Positions 63,688-64,000 of a DNA stretch of 64,000 nt are shown one piece after another. Numbering within the stretch: position 1 is the first letter of the stretch; every line of letters starts with the position of its first letter. The stretch is from Eubacteriales bacterium. Its GTDB lineage: Bacteria > Bacillota > Clostridia > Oscillospirales > UBA644. The notes below the pieces were generated by a model, which saw only the letters and a program-made list of their open reading frames with translations, was not told the origin of the DNA and did not search any database. The translations under genes were made by a program, and so were the position numbers. The stretch lies in the NCBI GenBank assembly GCA_045543655.1, contig JAZPXN010000035.1:955-64954 (forward strand). The letters are read 5' to 3'.

Positions 63688-64000
63688 TCCAGGATCTTCA
63701 TTCCCATACCTATTATTCCTTCTGCGGCAAGGATAAGCCGGAGGAAATCGTCGAAGCCGCCATCCGGGGAGGAATCCGCCTGTTCGGAATCACCGATCAC
63801 GCCCACGGCGTGGGGCAGGGGCGCAGAGAGGTCTATAAGGCCGCCGCAGACGGCGTCAGCTTCCGGGATTACGGCAGAACGCTGACCCGGTATTACGACC
63901 ACATCAACCTGCTGAAGGAGAAATACGCCGACGAAATTACCCTTCTGCGGGGCATTGAAATCAATACCCAGGGGCAATACCCCCACGCCGCCCTGCCGGA
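63684..64000 (+). CDS. PHP-domain (histidinol-phosphatase-like) protein, N-terminal part, runs off the right edge
   Basis: ATGA overlap with the preceding stop. MIQDLHSHTYYSFCGKD...GITDHAHG... Not in the ORF track because it has no stop in the window. Confidence 0.7.
   Translation, partial: MIQDLHSHTYYSFCGKDKPEEIVEAAIRGGIRLFGITDHAHGVGQGRREVYKAAADGVSFRDYGRTLTRYYDHINLLKEKYADEITLLRGIEINTQGQYPHAALP

Noticed and set aside
1-64000. CRISPR arrays, rRNA/tRNA genes, insertion sequences and long tandem repeats.
   Set aside because: Reading through all intergenic regions, I found only short hairpins, terminators and promoters. I saw no regularly spaced direct repeats, no cloverleaf-like or rRNA-like segments, and no transposase-like ORFs.

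Overview
High-GC (~55-60%) Firmicutes/Clostridia-like chromosomal segment; a cotJA-cotJB-cotJC operon indicates a spore former. It is densely coded, with about 57 CDS. I saw no rRNA, tRNA, CRISPR array, transposase or integrase. Many of the long ORFs in the track are antisense shadows of real genes, an artefact of high GC. Recognisable content, left to right: glycoside hydrolases, two AraC regulators, a five-gene flavin/redox operon and a ferredoxin-like gene. A divergent Crp/Fnr regulator is interrupted by an in-frame TAG. Next come metal and housekeeping genes (ZIP transporter, sfsA, LMW-PTP, ybaK-like), a GH51 arabinofuranosidase and an unusually short glycyl-radical enzyme with its activase. 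These are followed by an AraC plus [FeFe]-hydrogenase unit, an acyl-CoA ligase pair and a long pyr operon. The pyr operon (pyrC-carB-pyrK-pyrD-x-pyrF-x-pyrE-pyrB-pyrI) has a PyrR-type leader, two embedded hydrolase genes and no carA. The right part holds ppa, cotJABC, a CPBP protease, prmA-nth-rarA and a tandem pair of GH20-like paralogs. The stand-out locus is a 13.9-kb, four-gene, single-promoter, single-terminator operon on the minus strand (35086..49136). It encodes (i) a secreted vWA (MIDAS DDSTS) single-pass membrane protein and (ii) an 1189-aa protein with an N-terminal tubulin/FtsZ-type GTPase domain (GLGGTGS ... SLAGGTGSG), a long tail and an acidic C-terminus. It also encodes (iii) a 754-aa TM-hairpin protein and (iv) a 1775-aa polytopic membrane protein. 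Protein (iv) carries a zinc ribbon, a DA1-like peptidase-like module with a degenerate metal motif, and a C-terminal transglutaminase-like Cys-His-Asp domain. None of the four has an assignable function. Together they look like a membrane-anchored, cytoskeletal-GTPase-driven sensing, remodelling or conflict system. All calls come from reading the sequence and ORF translations only; no database search was run.
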